Translations under genes and position numbers: made by a program | The notes under the pieces: generated by a model | Seen by the model: only the letters and a program-made list of their open reading frames with translations | Databases searched by the model: none | Told to the model about the DNA's origin: nothing | Part shown: piece by piece, positions 47,635-58,049 of the stretch | Layout of the letters: every line of letters begins with the position of its first letter | Position numbering within the stretch: position 1 is the first letter of the stretch | From: Bacteroidota bacterium | GTDB lineage: Bacteria; Bacteroidota; Bacteroidia; 2-12-FULL-35-15 | Reading direction: 5' to 3' | DNA length: 64,000 nucleotides | Assembly (NCBI GenBank): GCA_037131555.1 | Contig: JBAXQU010000003.1 | Coordinates: forward strand, 8,201 to 72,200

Positions 47635-49644
47635 TTATTTAATTGGTAATTCAATTATAATTGTTGTTCCTTTTTGTGAATGGGAATCGATATTTACTGT
47701 CCCATGCAAATATTCTACTCTCGACTGTATGTTCTTCAATCCGATACCATCGCTATTATTTGTGGTTACATTAAAACCGATACCATTATCTTCAACAATG
47801 ATTGTCAATTCTTCATTGTCTTTTATTATTTGAATCGTCACAAATGTGGCCTTTGAATGTTTTAAAATATTATTCACAATCTCTTGTAATACTCTAAAAA
47901 TAATAGTTTCAATGGTTGTGTTCAATCTCTCGTTCAATCCTGTGATTTGCAAATCAAACTTGAGTTTATCAGTCTTTCCCAATCTATTTATGAATTCTTT
48001 AATCGCTGCCAATAGACCTGACTTAACCAAAGCACTTGGCATCAAGCTGTGCGAAACAACTCTTACTTCCTTCACTGACTCGTCAATAATATCCAGCGCA
48101 TCTTGCATCATCCGCCTTTGATCATCATTTTCAAATTCTAATGATGATTCCAAACTACTCATATTGAGTTTCACAGCCGAAAGTTGTTGACCAAGACCAT
48201 CATGTAGTTCTCTTGCAATTCGAGTTCGTTCATTCTCTTCAGCCTCAATCACTGCTTTGGTTCTTAATTCTTGTTGAATCATTAATTCAGTGTTCAATGC
48301 TATCTTTTGTTTGAAACGATACCTTGAATAAATCAAGTATGAGAGAAGAATAAAAACTATTAATGAAACCAATAGTATATTCCTTTGTGTTTTCTGTTCG
48401 GCTAATTCGTATTCATTTGCCTTTAGCTTAAGGTTCTTCTCAATTATTTCTTTTTGACTCTTTTCGTTTTCATATTTTGCGCTCATCTCTGTGAATTTTG
48501 AATTCAAATCAACATTTAAAACTGAATCGTGAAAAACAAATTGAAGTTTATCACTTTCCAAAGCTTTTTTGTAATCACCGATTGATTCATAGTAGTCGGT
48601 AAATGCATTATACAACGCCTGCATTTCAGTGAGAGCAGATACGCTCTTGCTTAATAAGAGCGCTTCGTTTAATTTTTCGAAACAAATCTCCTTTTTGTTT
48701 TGCTTTAAATAAATATGCGACATGTTGACAAGGCATGATATCATTGATTTCTTGTCATCCAATTGCTTCCTCAATTGATAGGATTCGTCTACACATTTTA
48801 AAGCGTTCGACAAATCATTTACTTTTGAATAAACAGAACTAAGATTATTTAAGGTTGCAGATATATATTCTTTGTCTCCTGTGTTTCTGCAAAGTTCGAG
48901 CGCATTGGAATTATACTCAATTGCTTTCTGATATTCCTTCTTCTTGAAATAGATATTTGCAATATTTACATACGAACCTGATAAACCCAGATTATCACCA
49001 ATTTTCTTTTTTATCTCAGCAGATCTAAAATTATACTTTAAAGCCTCTTCACTGTTTCCAATGTCGAAATTCAGAATGGCAATATTATTCAAAGCGTAAG
49101 AAAGTCCATAATCATATTTTATCTCTTCATATATTTTAAGTGCTTTCTGTTGGTTTTCTAAGGCATTTATAAACTCACCCTTTCGTTGGTAAAGAACGCC
49201 AATCTTATTGTAAATGGCAGCAACCCCCTTTTTATCTCCTATTTTCTCTCTTATTGTTTTTGATTTTCCATACTGTTCGAGCGCTTGTTTATTATCCATT
49301 TTGTCGTAATAAATTATTCCCAAATCATTATAACCTTGCGCTACGCCCTTGTTGAAACCTAACTTGGTACCTAATTCAATAGCTTTGTTTCCGTATTCAA
49401 TTGCTTTTTCTTTTGAGACATTGCGATATTGCCAAGTGAGTTCATTAAATGTTTTTACAAGGTTTGTATCTTTTTGAAACTGGGTTAATTTTTCCAAACT
49501 ATCTATCAACGACTTATTTTTTTGAGCAAAGATTGTCGTGCTAGAAAACACGAATCCTGCAATCAGAAAAGTTCGAATTATTGAAATTATTCCTTTGTTG
49601 ATTATCTTTTCATTTGTCATTGGTAGTTGATTTTTTAAAAACAT
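47635..49644 (-). CDS. TPR-repeat sensor histidine kinase (HisKA_3 type)
   Basis: About 350 aa of periplasmic or extracytoplasmic TPR repeats, one transmembrane segment, the H-box RIARELHDGLGQQL, and an HATPase domain (DNGIGF...GIGLKNI). The start may instead be 49620. Confidence 0.85.
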   Translation of the reverse strand: MFLKNQLPMTNEKIINKGIISIIRTFLIAGFVFSSTTIFAQKNKSLIDSLEKLTQFQKDTNLVKTFNELTWQYRNVSKEKAIEYGNKAIELGTKLGFNKGVAQGYNDLGIIYYDKMDNKQALEQYGKSKTIREKIGDKKGVAAIYNKIGVLYQRKGEFINALENQQKALKIYEEIKYDYGLSYALNNIAILNFDIGNSEEALKYNFRSAEIKKKIGDNLGLSGSYVNIANIYFKKKEYQKAIEYNSNALELCRNTGDKEYISATLNNLSSVYSKVNDLSNALKCVDESYQLRKQLDDKKSMISCLVNMSHIYLKQNKKEICFEKLNEALLLSKSVSALTEMQALYNAFTDYYESIGDYKKALESDKLQFVFHDSVLNVDLNSKFTEMSAKYENEKSQKEIIEKNLKLKANEYELAEQKTQRNILLVSLIVFILLSYLIYSRYRFKQKIALNTELMIQQELRTKAVIEAEENERTRIARELHDGLGQQLSAVKLNMSSLESSLEFENDDQRRMMQDALDIIDESVKEVRVVSHSLMPSALVKSGLLAAIKEFINRLGKTDKLKFDLQITGLNERLNTTIETIIFRVLQEIVNNILKHSKATFVTIQIIKDNEELTIIVEDNGIGFNVTTNNSDGIGLKNIQSRVEYLHGTVNIDSHSQKGTTIIIELPIK

Positions 49645-50830
49645 AATTCATCACTCCTATAAAGTAAGCATTAGCGACTTGCATTATTCTTACATTTTTA
49701 GTCTTGTCTGTTTCCTTATTTAGTAAAACACACTCCTCAAAATTGTCTTGATATAACGTTTCTCCATATACCAAGGGAGAATGCACATATCGAGTTAATT
49801 GTAAATTTCTACAAAAAACTCCGTTCTCGGATGTTGGCAAACAGCCTTCCTTTAAATATTTTGCATCATTAATGCTAGCCGTTTTTACTGATAGTGAGGT
49901 TTCAAAACTGCGTATAACCTGAGAACTAAGTTGAATAGAATTTTCTAAATCATCACTCACTAATAAATGAAAAAACGAAAATCTTTTTTCTGAAGTAAGC
50001 AAATCGGATTTCATAAATGCACCACCAACAAAGGCCATATTAAAATCCTTTTTAGTTGGTTTTGTCCATCCTGTGTTTGTTTCATCAACATTATAGTGAA
50101 TGATTATTGTGAAGTCAGGATGAAATTGATTGATGATTTCAGCTCTTTTTTGAAGTTCTATTTCTTTAAACACTAATTTAAATTTATCTCTTTTGGTAGC
50201 TTTGGTGAGCAGCCAATTTCGTTTCTCCTCATTTATTTTCGAAATCTTGCATAAGCTATCCACAGCATTTTTAAATGAACTTCTGAGCCAATCATCGAAA
50301 CTCACCCCAAATGATGTGGCTCCATTGAATTTTCGAGTTAATAGTACTTCTGCACCTTTCGCCTCTAACTTTTTCTTCAACAATACAGAAGTGGCATACG
50401 TTAATTCGCCTTCGGCCAATTCAATTGAATCAACTTTGCCATTGTTATAAGGTAGTTTAAATCGAATGAACTTTTGTTCTATTCGTCCCGAAGCTAAATT
50501 ACCAGCCGTATGGCCCGCATCAATTGCAATTTTGTATCCTAGTAAACTGTTTATTGTATCCATATTTAATCGATTAGGGTGTCTCAATCGCTCAATGGAA
50601 TCCCAGCTACTATAATATTCAGGCTTATTATTTATTTTGTCTTTCGGGTTTGCATAAACACCAATTCCTCTTTCATCTATTGTATAATAAGTAGAAAGTG
50701 CCTTTTGAAAATCAAGATATTTTTCTGCCTTGTCAACGTAATATTTTATTTTGCTTGGCGTTGAAACGTTTTGCCCAAAGCAAGTACTGAGGATGGAAAT
50801 AAATATTACTATATTAAAAAGGTATTTCAT
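49610..50830 (-). CDS. N-acetylmuramoyl-L-alanine amidase-like (Amidase_3-like) protein
   Basis: IAIDAGHTAG, EVLLTRKF and IIIHYN resemble Amidase_3 motifs. The preferred start is the ATG at 50830 (MKYLFNIVIFISILSTCFGQ); the track start at 50863 is a TTG codon. Confidence 0.5.
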   Translation of the reverse strand: MKYLFNIVIFISILSTCFGQNVSTPSKIKYYVDKAEKYLDFQKALSTYYTIDERGIGVYANPKDKINNKPEYYSSWDSIERLRHPNRLNMDTINSLLGYKIAIDAGHTAGNLASGRIEQKFIRFKLPYNNGKVDSIELAEGELTYATSVLLKKKLEAKGAEVLLTRKFNGATSFGVSFDDWLRSSFKNAVDSLCKISKINEEKRNWLLTKATKRDKFKLVFKEIELQKRAEIINQFHPDFTIIIHYNVDETNTGWTKPTKKDFNMAFVGGAFMKSDLLTSEKRFSFFHLLVSDDLENSIQLSSQVIRSFETSLSVKTASINDAKYLKEGCLPTSENGVFCRNLQLTRYVHSPLVYGETLYQDNFEECVLLNKETDKTKNVRIMQVANAYFIGVMNYVFKKSTTNDK

Positions 50831-50910
50831 GATTGATGAACATGCTCTGTTTTGAATATTCAAATATACTAATTATTATTTGTTAATGATAAAAGACTAA
50901 TTTTGTGATT

Positions 50911-51312
50911 ATGAAAGTAAAATTACCTGAATTAGATTCGGAGTTCAGTTTCAAAATGAGTAGAAGTGGTGGAGCTGGAGGGCAAAACGTGAACAAAGTT
51001 TCAACAAAAGTGGAACTCAACTTCGATGTGAAAGCTTCCTTAATTCTTAACGACAATCAAAAAGAACTTGTATTTTTAAAGTTGGCAAAAAAAATTAATA
51101 AGAATGGTGTACTTCAACTAGTTTCCCAAGAAGAAAGAACTCAGTTGAGAAACAAAGAAATTGTCATTAAGAGGTTCTATGAATTATTGCGTAAGTGTTT
51201 TGTTGAACCAAAGAAACGAAAACCAACCAAGCCAACGAAAGCTGCTAAAGAGAAACGCTTAGAAACAAAGAAGAAGACTGCTAAAATTAAGAAATTAAGA
51301 AAATCGTTGTAA
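50911..51312 (+). CDS. arfB: Alternative ribosome-rescue factor / peptidyl-tRNA hydrolase ArfB
   Basis: GGQ motif (SGGAGGQNVNKVSTKVEL) and a basic C-terminal tail. Confidence 0.85.
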   Translation: MKVKLPELDSEFSFKMSRSGGAGGQNVNKVSTKVELNFDVKASLILNDNQKELVFLKLAKKINKNGVLQLVSQEERTQLRNKEIVIKRFYELLRKCFVEPKKRKPTKPTKAAKEKRLETKKKTAKIKKLRKSL

Positions 51313-51314
51313 AA

Positions 51315-52004
51315 CTATCCGACTATTTGCTTTTCAAATTCTAACCACAATCGTTCTTTGGGTGCGGGAGCAATGATTACAATTTTTTCTTGTTTAACGG
51401 GGTGAATAAATTCTATTTTGCGTGCATGGAGGTGAATAGAGGCGTCCTTATTGCTTCTATCAAATCCATATTTTAAATCTCCTTTTATTGGACAACCCAT
51501 TGCTGAAAGCTGAACCCGAATTTGATGATGACGACCAGTGAGTGGCTTTATCTCTAACAAAAAATAATTATCCGAATTACCTATCAACTCATAATCTAAT
51601 TCGGAGCGCAATGCTCCTGGCGTTTCTTTAGCAAAAGCTTTCGACATGTTTTTTGCTTCATTCTTTTTTAAATAATGAACCAGCTTTCCGCTAGTTGCTG
51701 CAGGTTTGTTTTTTACAACTGCCCAATATGTTTTCTGAATATCCTTAGTTTGAAACATTGCGTTCAAACGCGATAAGGCTTTACTTGTTTTTGCAAACAA
51801 TACAATTCCACTTACAGGTCTATCAATACGGTGTATGGTACCAACAAAAACTTGACCGGGTTTGTTGTATTTTTTTTTTAAGTATTTCTTTACAAAATCG
51901 CTTAATGGGGTATCACCGGTTTTGTCGCCCTGAACAATATCTGAAGACTTTTTGTTAACCGCAATAATGTGATTATCTTCATAAAGTACTTCAATTTCGT
52001 TCAC
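51315..52004 (-). CDS. RluA family pseudouridine synthase
   Basis: HRIDRPVSG catalytic motif and GRHHQIRVQL. Confidence 0.85.
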   Translation of the reverse strand: MNEIEVLYEDNHIIAVNKKSSDIVQGDKTGDTPLSDFVKKYLKKKYNKPGQVFVGTIHRIDRPVSGIVLFAKTSKALSRLNAMFQTKDIQKTYWAVVKNKPAATSGKLVHYLKKNEAKNMSKAFAKETPGALRSELDYELIGNSDNYFLLEIKPLTGRHHQIRVQLSAMGCPIKGDLKYGFDRSNKDASIHLHARKIEFIHPVKQEKIVIIAPAPKERLWLEFEKQIVG

Positions 52005-52057
52005 GGAATTATCTTATTAATGGTGTAATAAATAGTGTATCAGTAGATATTATCAAC

Positions 52058-52876
52058 CTAATATTGTTCGCTTGAATTAGGAAAGTCACTCGATTTAACA
52101 TCCTTAATATAGTTGCCTACGGCACCTTTAATTTCGTCATATAGATTGAGGTAACGTCTTAAAAAGCGAGGATGAAATTCGTTATTCAAACCAACCATAT
52201 CATGAAAAACGAGTACTTGTCCATCGACACCACCCCCAGCGCCTATACCGATAACAGGAATTTCGATTTCTTTGGCAACTCGTTCGGCAAGTTTCGCTGG
52301 AATTTTTTCAAGAACGATTGCAAAACAGCCTGTGTTTTCGAGAAGTTTGGCATCATCAATCAATCGCTTTGCTTCTTCTTCTTCTATGGCTCGTACGTTA
52401 TAGGTGCCGAATTTGTAGATGCTTTGAGGGGTTAATCCGAGGTGACCCATAACCGGTATACCTGCTGTGAGTATACGTTCTATCGACTCTTTCACTTCTC
52501 TTCCACCTTCTAATTTCACGGCATGCGCACCACTTTCTTTCATTATTTTTATAGAAGAATACAATGCTTCCTTGGAATTGCCCTGATACGAACCAAACGG
52601 TAAATCTACCACAATCAATGCACGATTTACAGCACGAACTACTGACGAAGCATGGTAAATCATTTGGTCGAGAGTGATAGGCAAGGTGGTTTCGTGGCCG
52701 GCCATCACATTCGATGCAGAGTCGCCAACCAAAATGACATCTATACCTGCATCGTCAACAATTTTGGCCATGGTATAATCATACGCAGTGAGCATCGATA
52801 TTTTTTGCCCTCCACGTTTCATCTCTTGAAGCACATTTGTGGTTACTTTCTTTATTTCCTTTTTGCTTACCGACAT
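52058..52876 (-). CDS. panB: 3-methyl-2-oxobutanoate hydroxymethyltransferase
   Basis: MLTAYDY, LVGDS, KLEGG and GHLGLTPQ. Confidence 0.95.
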   Translation of the reverse strand: MSVSKKEIKKVTTNVLQEMKRGGQKISMLTAYDYTMAKIVDDAGIDVILVGDSASNVMAGHETTLPITLDQMIYHASSVVRAVNRALIVVDLPFGSYQGNSKEALYSSIKIMKESGAHAVKLEGGREVKESIERILTAGIPVMGHLGLTPQSIYKFGTYNVRAIEEEEAKRLIDDAKLLENTGCFAIVLEKIPAKLAERVAKEIEIPVIGIGAGGGVDGQVLVFHDMVGLNNEFHPRFLRRYLNLYDEIKGAVGNYIKDVKSSDFPNSSEQY

Positions 52877-52976
52877 AGTATTTGATTGCTAATTCGTTTG
52901 TTTTTCGACTCTACACTCGCATTTATTTTACACAAAACTACAAATAGTTTTTGTATACAGATTAGTTATTTAGCCT

Positions 52977-52984
52977 TACTTTCG
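52977..52984 (+). promoter_or_regulatory. Near-consensus -7 box (TACTTTCG) 4 nt upstream of the ATG
   Basis: Same sequence and same 4-nt spacing as at 42344-42351. Confidence 0.25.
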
Positions 52985-52988
52985 CATT

Positions 52989-53774
52989 ATGAAAAAAATA
53001 TTCATGCTTTTCGATTACATTCATTACCGTTTTAAGTCGAAAAACGAACATGGGGTACATTCTCCATTTGTATATGATTTGCTTACCACGGTGATTTATA
53101 ACAACACCGAGTATTATGCTTACAAGGAAGTTGAAGACTTGCGATTAGAATTAAGTCGTAGCAATGCAGTTTTGAACTGTGTTGATTTAGGTGCAGGTTC
53201 ATACCTTGGAAAAACAAATGTGAGAACAATAAAACAACTATTGCGTTATTCGGTGAAACCGCCAAAATATTCAAAATTGATGTTTCGCCTTGTCGACCGA
53301 TTTCAGCCCAAAGAACTTTTAGAATTGGGTACTTCCTTAGGCATCACCTCCGCTTATCTTTCGAAAGCCAATCCATCTTCTCATTTATTTACTATCGAAG
53401 GTTGTACGGAGATTGCGACCGTGGCGCGTGAAAACTTCGAAAAACTAAATCTTCAGAACATCACTCAGATGGAAGGGGAGTTCGACACTTGTTTGCCCGA
53501 GGTATTGAATAAAATCAAACAATTAGATTTTGTTTTTTTTGATGGCAACCATCGCAAGCAGGCAACTTTGAATTATTTCAATGCTTGTTTACCTAAAGCC
53601 CACGATTCGAGCGTTTTTGTTTTTGACGACATTTATTGGTCAACTGAAATGAAACAAGCTTGGACTGAAATAAAAACCAACCCCAAAGTGAGTGTCACCA
53701 TCGATTTGTTTTTTATGGGACTCGTCTTTTTTAGGAAAGACCAAACGAAAGAACATTTCGTTTTGAAATTTTAA
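52989..53774 (+). CDS. Class I SAM-dependent methyltransferase (O-methyltransferase family 3-like)
   Basis: LELGTSLGITSAYL SAM-binding loop and FFDGNHRK. Confidence 0.7.
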   Translation: MKKIFMLFDYIHYRFKSKNEHGVHSPFVYDLLTTVIYNNTEYYAYKEVEDLRLELSRSNAVLNCVDLGAGSYLGKTNVRTIKQLLRYSVKPPKYSKLMFRLVDRFQPKELLELGTSLGITSAYLSKANPSSHLFTIEGCTEIATVARENFEKLNLQNITQMEGEFDTCLPEVLNKIKQLDFVFFDGNHRKQATLNYFNACLPKAHDSSVFVFDDIYWSTEMKQAWTEIKTNPKVSVTIDLFFMGLVFFRKDQTKEHFVLKF

Positions 53775-53929
53775 GCTTCTAAATCAAAATTCATCCTTAT
53801 TCTAAATTTGAACTAAATTTCCAAAGTCAAGGCTTTTTCTTCTATACTATATAATAGTGTATTTTTATAAGTCAACATTAGCTTTCAACTCAGCTTTTCA
53901 TCCTTTTCGGTTCATGTTTTCTCAAAAAA

Positions 53930-54215
53930 GAGGGTCTGGATAGCCGTTATGCAGACCTGCATAGCTCCTTTGCAGAGGATGTTTTTCGCTTTGCGAAGGT
54001 TGCAAAGTCATTTTCAGGGTCTGCATACTGCTTATTCAGTAATGCAAAGCTCTTAACAGGGTCTGCATAGCTCTTATGCAGTACTGCAAAACAATTATGC
54101 AGTACTGCATAACTCTTAACAGGGTCTGGATAGCTCTTATGCAGTACTGCATAACGACTATCCAGTACTGCAAAACCCTTAACAGGGTCCTCATAAAGGC
54201 TATGCAGAGCCTCAA
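53930..54215. repeat. Tandem array D: about 13 degenerate 21-bp units forming 42-bp superunits (GCAGTACTGCAWAAC.CTTAA + CAGGGTCTGSATAGCTCTTAT)
   Basis: The 10-bp palindrome GCAGTACTGC occurs at 54078, 54099 and 54141, with variants at 54036 and 54162. Related GCAG.. starts at 53951, 53972 and 53993 are all on the same 21-bp register. A TGCATA-N5-TATGCA dyad lies in the alternate unit. Confidence 0.85.
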
Positions 54216-54330
54216 AATTGGTGTTTTTGGGCAGAAAAGCATTGAATAGCATGGTTTAATCGATTTGTTATCAGCAATATGAGCTAAATTCGGGAGAAAT
54301 CGCTCAAAATGGGGAGAAATTGCTTGGAAA

Positions 54331-54370
54331 CAAAAAAAGCCGAATCCTGATGAAGAATTCGGCTTTTTGT
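54331..54370 (-). terminator. Bidirectional rho-independent terminator immediately after secA
   Basis: aagccgaat-cctgatgaaga-attcggctt forms a 9-bp perfect stem flanked by an A-run and a T-run. It begins 9 nt after the secA stop. Confidence 0.75.
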
Positions 54371-54378
54371 AGCTTATG

Positions 54379-57300
54379 CTATTTTCCGTGGCATTGTTTG
54401 AATTTTTTACCACTACCACAAGGGCAAGGGTCGTTTCGGCCAATTTTTTGTTCCACACGCACGGGTTGTGGTTTCGGTCGAGCAGTTGTCTCTTCACCAC
54501 CGCCCAATTCATTTCTATTGGTTTGCACCTGCGGTTGACGTTGAGGCGCTTGTACTCGCGCTTGCTGAATTTGTTGTTGATTTTCATTCGGAAGGTTGGC
54601 GCGCATCAAGAACGACACTACCTCCTTGTTCACATCACTCACCATTCGTTTAAACAATTCGAACGATTCGAATTTGTAAATCAATAAAGGGTCTTTTTGT
54701 TCGTACACCGCATTCTGAACCGATTGTTTCAATTCGTCCATTTCGCGTAAATGTTCTTTCCAAGCATCATCAATCATCGAAAGTGTGGTGCCTTTTTCCA
54801 AACCTAAAACCAATTCGCGTCCTTTTGTTTCGTAAGCACGTTTAAGATTCACCACCACTTGCAAGGTTTTTATTCCATCACTCATTGGTGTTACAATGTT
54901 TTCAAATTGTTGCGAAGGATTTTCGTAAACATCTTTAATTACTGGAAATGCATTTGCTGAAATCGCATCATTTTTGTTCAAATAAATAGTTTCTGCTTGA
55001 TGATAAAGTTTCTCCGACACTTCATCAACTGGCAAACGTTTGAACTCTTCTTCATCAACAGGCGATTCGATAGCAAGCACCCGAAGCACTTCCATATTGA
55101 ATCCTTCAAAGTCTTTTACATCATGATATTCGGTCGAAATGGTTTCGCAAGTATCAAAAATAGAGTTAGCAACATCAATTGCTAATCGCTCACCGAACAA
55201 TGCATGTCTACGTTTTTTATAAATCACCTCACGTTGACTATTCATCACGTCATCGTACTCAATCAATCGTTTACGTGTTCCAAAATTATTCTCTTCTACT
55301 TTTTTCTGAGCACGTTCAATCGACTTGGTTATCATCGAATGTTGAATCACTTCACCTTCCTGAATACCCATTCTGTCCATGAGTTTGGCAATACGTTCGG
55401 AACCGAACAATCGCATCAAATCATCTTCGAGGGAGGCAAAAAATTGAGAAGAACCAGGGTCACCTTGACGTCCAGCACGACCACGCAACTGCCTATCCAC
55501 ACGTCTCGATTCATGTCGTTCTGTTCCGATAATTGCCAATCCTCCAGCTTCTTTAACACCCGCTCCAAGTTTTATATCCGTACCACGACCAGCCATGTTG
55601 GTAGCAATGGTTACAGTTCCTGCTTTACCTGCTTCTTGTACAATTTCCGCTTCGCGTTGATGTTGCTTTGCATTCAGCACATTATGTTTAATGCCTCTGA
55701 GCTTAAGCATCCTACTCAGTAATTCCGAAATCTCAACCGAGGTAGTACCCACCAAAACTGGTCTACCGAGAGCTACACATTTTCCTACCTCTTCTATTAC
55801 GGCATTGTATTTTTCTCTTTTAGTTTTGAAAACTAAATCTTCTGAGTCGATACGTGCTATGGGACGATTAGTAGGAATTACAACAACGTCTAATTTATAA
55901 ATGTCCCAAAACTCACCTGCTTCTGTTTCGGCAGTACCAGTCATTCCCGCCAATTTACTATACATACGGAAGTAATTTTGTAAGGTCACTGTAGCATAGG
56001 TTTGTGTGGCAGCTTCTACTTTAACATTTTCTTTTGCTTCAATGGCTTGATGCAACCCATCCGAATATCTTCGGCCTTCCATGATACGGCCAGTTTGCTC
56101 ATCCACAATTTTTATCTTACCATCCATTATTACGTATTCAACATCAAGTTCGAATAACGTATAGGCTTTTAATAATTGATTAATGGTGTGTACCCTTTCC
56201 GATTTAATCGAATAATCTCGAATCAGTTCTTCTTTTTGTTTTAGTTTTTCTTCTGTCGAAAGTCCCGATTTTTCAAGGTTAGCTATCTCGCCACCAATAT
56301 CTGGCATCACAAAGAACTTTGCATCTTCCGAAGAAGTAGAAATTAATTCTATCCCTTTTTCCGAAAGTTCAATAGAGTTATGCTTTTCATCTATCACAAA
56401 AAATAATTCCGCATCCACCTTATGCATTTCCCTTGATTGGTCTTGCATGTAATGATTTTCTGTTTTTTGCAAAATCATTCTCACACCAGGTTCACTCAAA
56501 AATTTGATTAGGGCTTTGTTCTTAGGCAAACCTCTGTAAGCACGTAAAAGTGCCATTCCTCCTTCGCCTTCTTTCTCACCTGTTTTTCCTTCTGCTATCA
56601 ATCGTTTCGCATCAGTAAGCGCTGTGTTTACATAAGCTTTTTGAGCATTTACGAGCTTTTCAATTCTTGGTTTAAGTGGAGCAAATTCTTGATTGTCGCC
56701 TTTGGGAGTAGGTCCTGAAATAATTAATGGAGTTCGAGCATCGTCAATCAACACACTGTCCACCTCATCCACAATCGCATAATTATGTTTACGCTGTACA
56801 AGATCTTCTGGAGTACGTGCCATATTGTCACGTAAGTAATCAAATCCAAATTCGTTATTCGTACCAAATGTAATATCTGATAAGTAGGCTCTCCTGCGTT
56901 CTTCCGAGTTAGGTTCTGTGTTGTCAATACAATCAACAGTCAGACCATGAAATTCGAACAGCGGTCCATTCCATTCAGAGTCACGTTTAGCAAGGTAGTT
57001 GTTCACAGTTACAACATGTACTCCCAATCCAGTCAGCGCATTGAGGTAAACAGGCAAAGTGCCAACTAAGGTTTTTCCTTCACCTGTGCCCATTTCCGCT
57101 ATTTTACCTTGATGTAACACGATTCCACCAATAAGCTGAACATCATAATGCACCATGTCCCATGTTACATCTATTCCTGCAGCACTCCATGAATTATTCC
57201 AATATGCTTTATCTCCTTTGATGACGATTGATGAACGTTTCGCTGCTAAATCCTTGTCCATCTGAGTAGCGGTAACTTCTATTACAGAATTTTCTTTAAA

Positions 57301-57675
57301 ACGTCTGGCTGTTTCTTTCATCACAGCAAATGCTTGAGGAAGGATTTCTGCTAACACCTCTTGATTATTCTCAACAATGGTTTTTTCAAGCTCGTCAATC
57401 TCCTCATACATTTTTTCTTTCATCTCCACATCCATCATCAAGTCAGCATCGATCTTCGCTTTCAAATCGTCAATTTGTTTATTCTCTTTGGCAGAAAAGT
57501 CAACAATGCGTTTTTTAAACTCAATAGTTTTATTACGCAACTCATCGTTGGTAAGTGCAGCAAGTTTAGGAAACTCAATCAATATTTTGTCAACAATTGG
57601 TTGAATTTCTTTTAAATCTCTATCCGATTTTGTTCCAAACATCTTGGAAACACTTTTACTGAAAAAATCTAGCAT
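54379..57675 (-). CDS. secA: Preprotein translocase ATPase SecA
   Basis: 1098 aa with MGTGEGKT Walker [20 protein letters not shown], and the C-terminal zinc finger [14 protein letters not shown]. Confidence 0.97.
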   Translation of the reverse strand: MLDFFSKSVSKMFGTKSDRDLKEIQPIVDKILIEFPKLAALTNDELRNKTIEFKKRIVDFSAKENKQIDDLKAKIDADLMMDVEMKEKMYEEIDELEKTIVENNQEVLAEILPQAFAVMKETARRFKENSVIEVTATQMDKDLAAKRSSIVIKGDKAYWNNSWSAAGIDVTWDMVHYDVQLIGGIVLHQGKIAEMGTGEGKTLVGTLPVYLNALTGLGVHVVTVNNYLAKRDSEWNGPLFEFHGLTVDCIDNTEPNSEERRRAYLSDITFGTNNEFGFDYLRDNMARTPEDLVQRKHNYAIVDEVDSVLIDDARTPLIISGPTPKGDNQEFAPLKPRIEKLVNAQKAYVNTALTDAKRLIAEGKTGEKEGEGGMALLRAYRGLPKNKALIKFLSEPGVRMILQKTENHYMQDQSREMHKVDAELFFVIDEKHNSIELSEKGIELISTSSEDAKFFVMPDIGGEIANLEKSGLSTEEKLKQKEELIRDYSIKSERVHTINQLLKAYTLFELDVEYVIMDGKIKIVDEQTGRIMEGRRYSDGLHQAIEAKENVKVEAATQTYATVTLQNYFRMYSKLAGMTGTAETEAGEFWDIYKLDVVVIPTNRPIARIDSEDLVFKTKREKYNAVIEEVGKCVALGRPVLVGTTSVEISELLSRMLKLRGIKHNVLNAKQHQREAEIVQEAGKAGTVTIATNMAGRGTDIKLGAGVKEAGGLAIIGTERHESRRVDRQLRGRAGRQGDPGSSQFFASLEDDLMRLFGSERIAKLMDRMGIQEGEVIQHSMITKSIERAQKKVEENNFGTRKRLIEYDDVMNSQREVIYKKRRHALFGERLAIDVANSIFDTCETISTEYHDVKDFEGFNMEVLRVLAIESPVDEEEFKRLPVDEVSEKLYHQAETIYLNKNDAISANAFPVIKDVYENPSQQFENIVTPMSDGIKTLQVVVNLKRAYETKGRELVLGLEKGTTLSMIDDAWKEHLREMDELKQSVQNAVYEQKDPLLIYKFESFELFKRMVSDVNKEVVSFLMRANLPNENQQQIQQARVQAPQRQPQVQTNRNELGGGEETTARPKPQPVRVEQKIGRNDPCPCGSGKKFKQCHGK

Positions 57676-57698
57676 TTGTAATTATTTTTTTAGGATTG

Positions 57699-57706
57699 CA
57701 AAAGTA
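57699..57706 (-). promoter_or_regulatory. Candidate -7 box (TACTTTTG on the minus strand) for secA
   Basis: Exact TAnnTTTG match 23 nt upstream of the secA ATG. Confidence 0.35.
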
Positions 57707-58049
57707 GTGAAAATTCACGTTTAATTCTTATAAATTATTTTCTTGTCGAATCGCCTACTAATAAACAAACAGGCGAGGTTAGAACGTAATTTTGGTTTAG
57801 ATAATTTCAAATATCATTCCTAATTAAAAGACCTGACAAATTTGCAGTTTTCATCAAATCTCCTTCCTTTTTCTGGAAATTGAAAATGGATTCAAGTAAT
57901 TGAATTAAATTTTAGTTGATTGAACAAATCAATAATAACAGTTCTATAGAGATTATAGCTAATTTAATCTAAAGATGCAATAGAAACCAAGAAGCAAAAC
58001 AGTTCGATGTAAGTATAATAATTAATGAAAAGAAAGGATAAAGCACCAA

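Noticed and set aside
19124-54215. The possibility that the tandem arrays are CRISPR arrays.
   Set aside because: The units are directly abutting with no unique spacers, the period is 21 or 42 bp, and there are no cas genes in the window.
54036-54587. 183-aa minus-strand ORF spanning array D, the secA terminator and the secA 3' end, together with ORF 53947-54252.
   Set aside because: It overlaps the well-supported secA C-terminus (zinc finger) in another frame and runs through a strong terminator and a repeat array. The openness of the frame is an artefact of the repeat.
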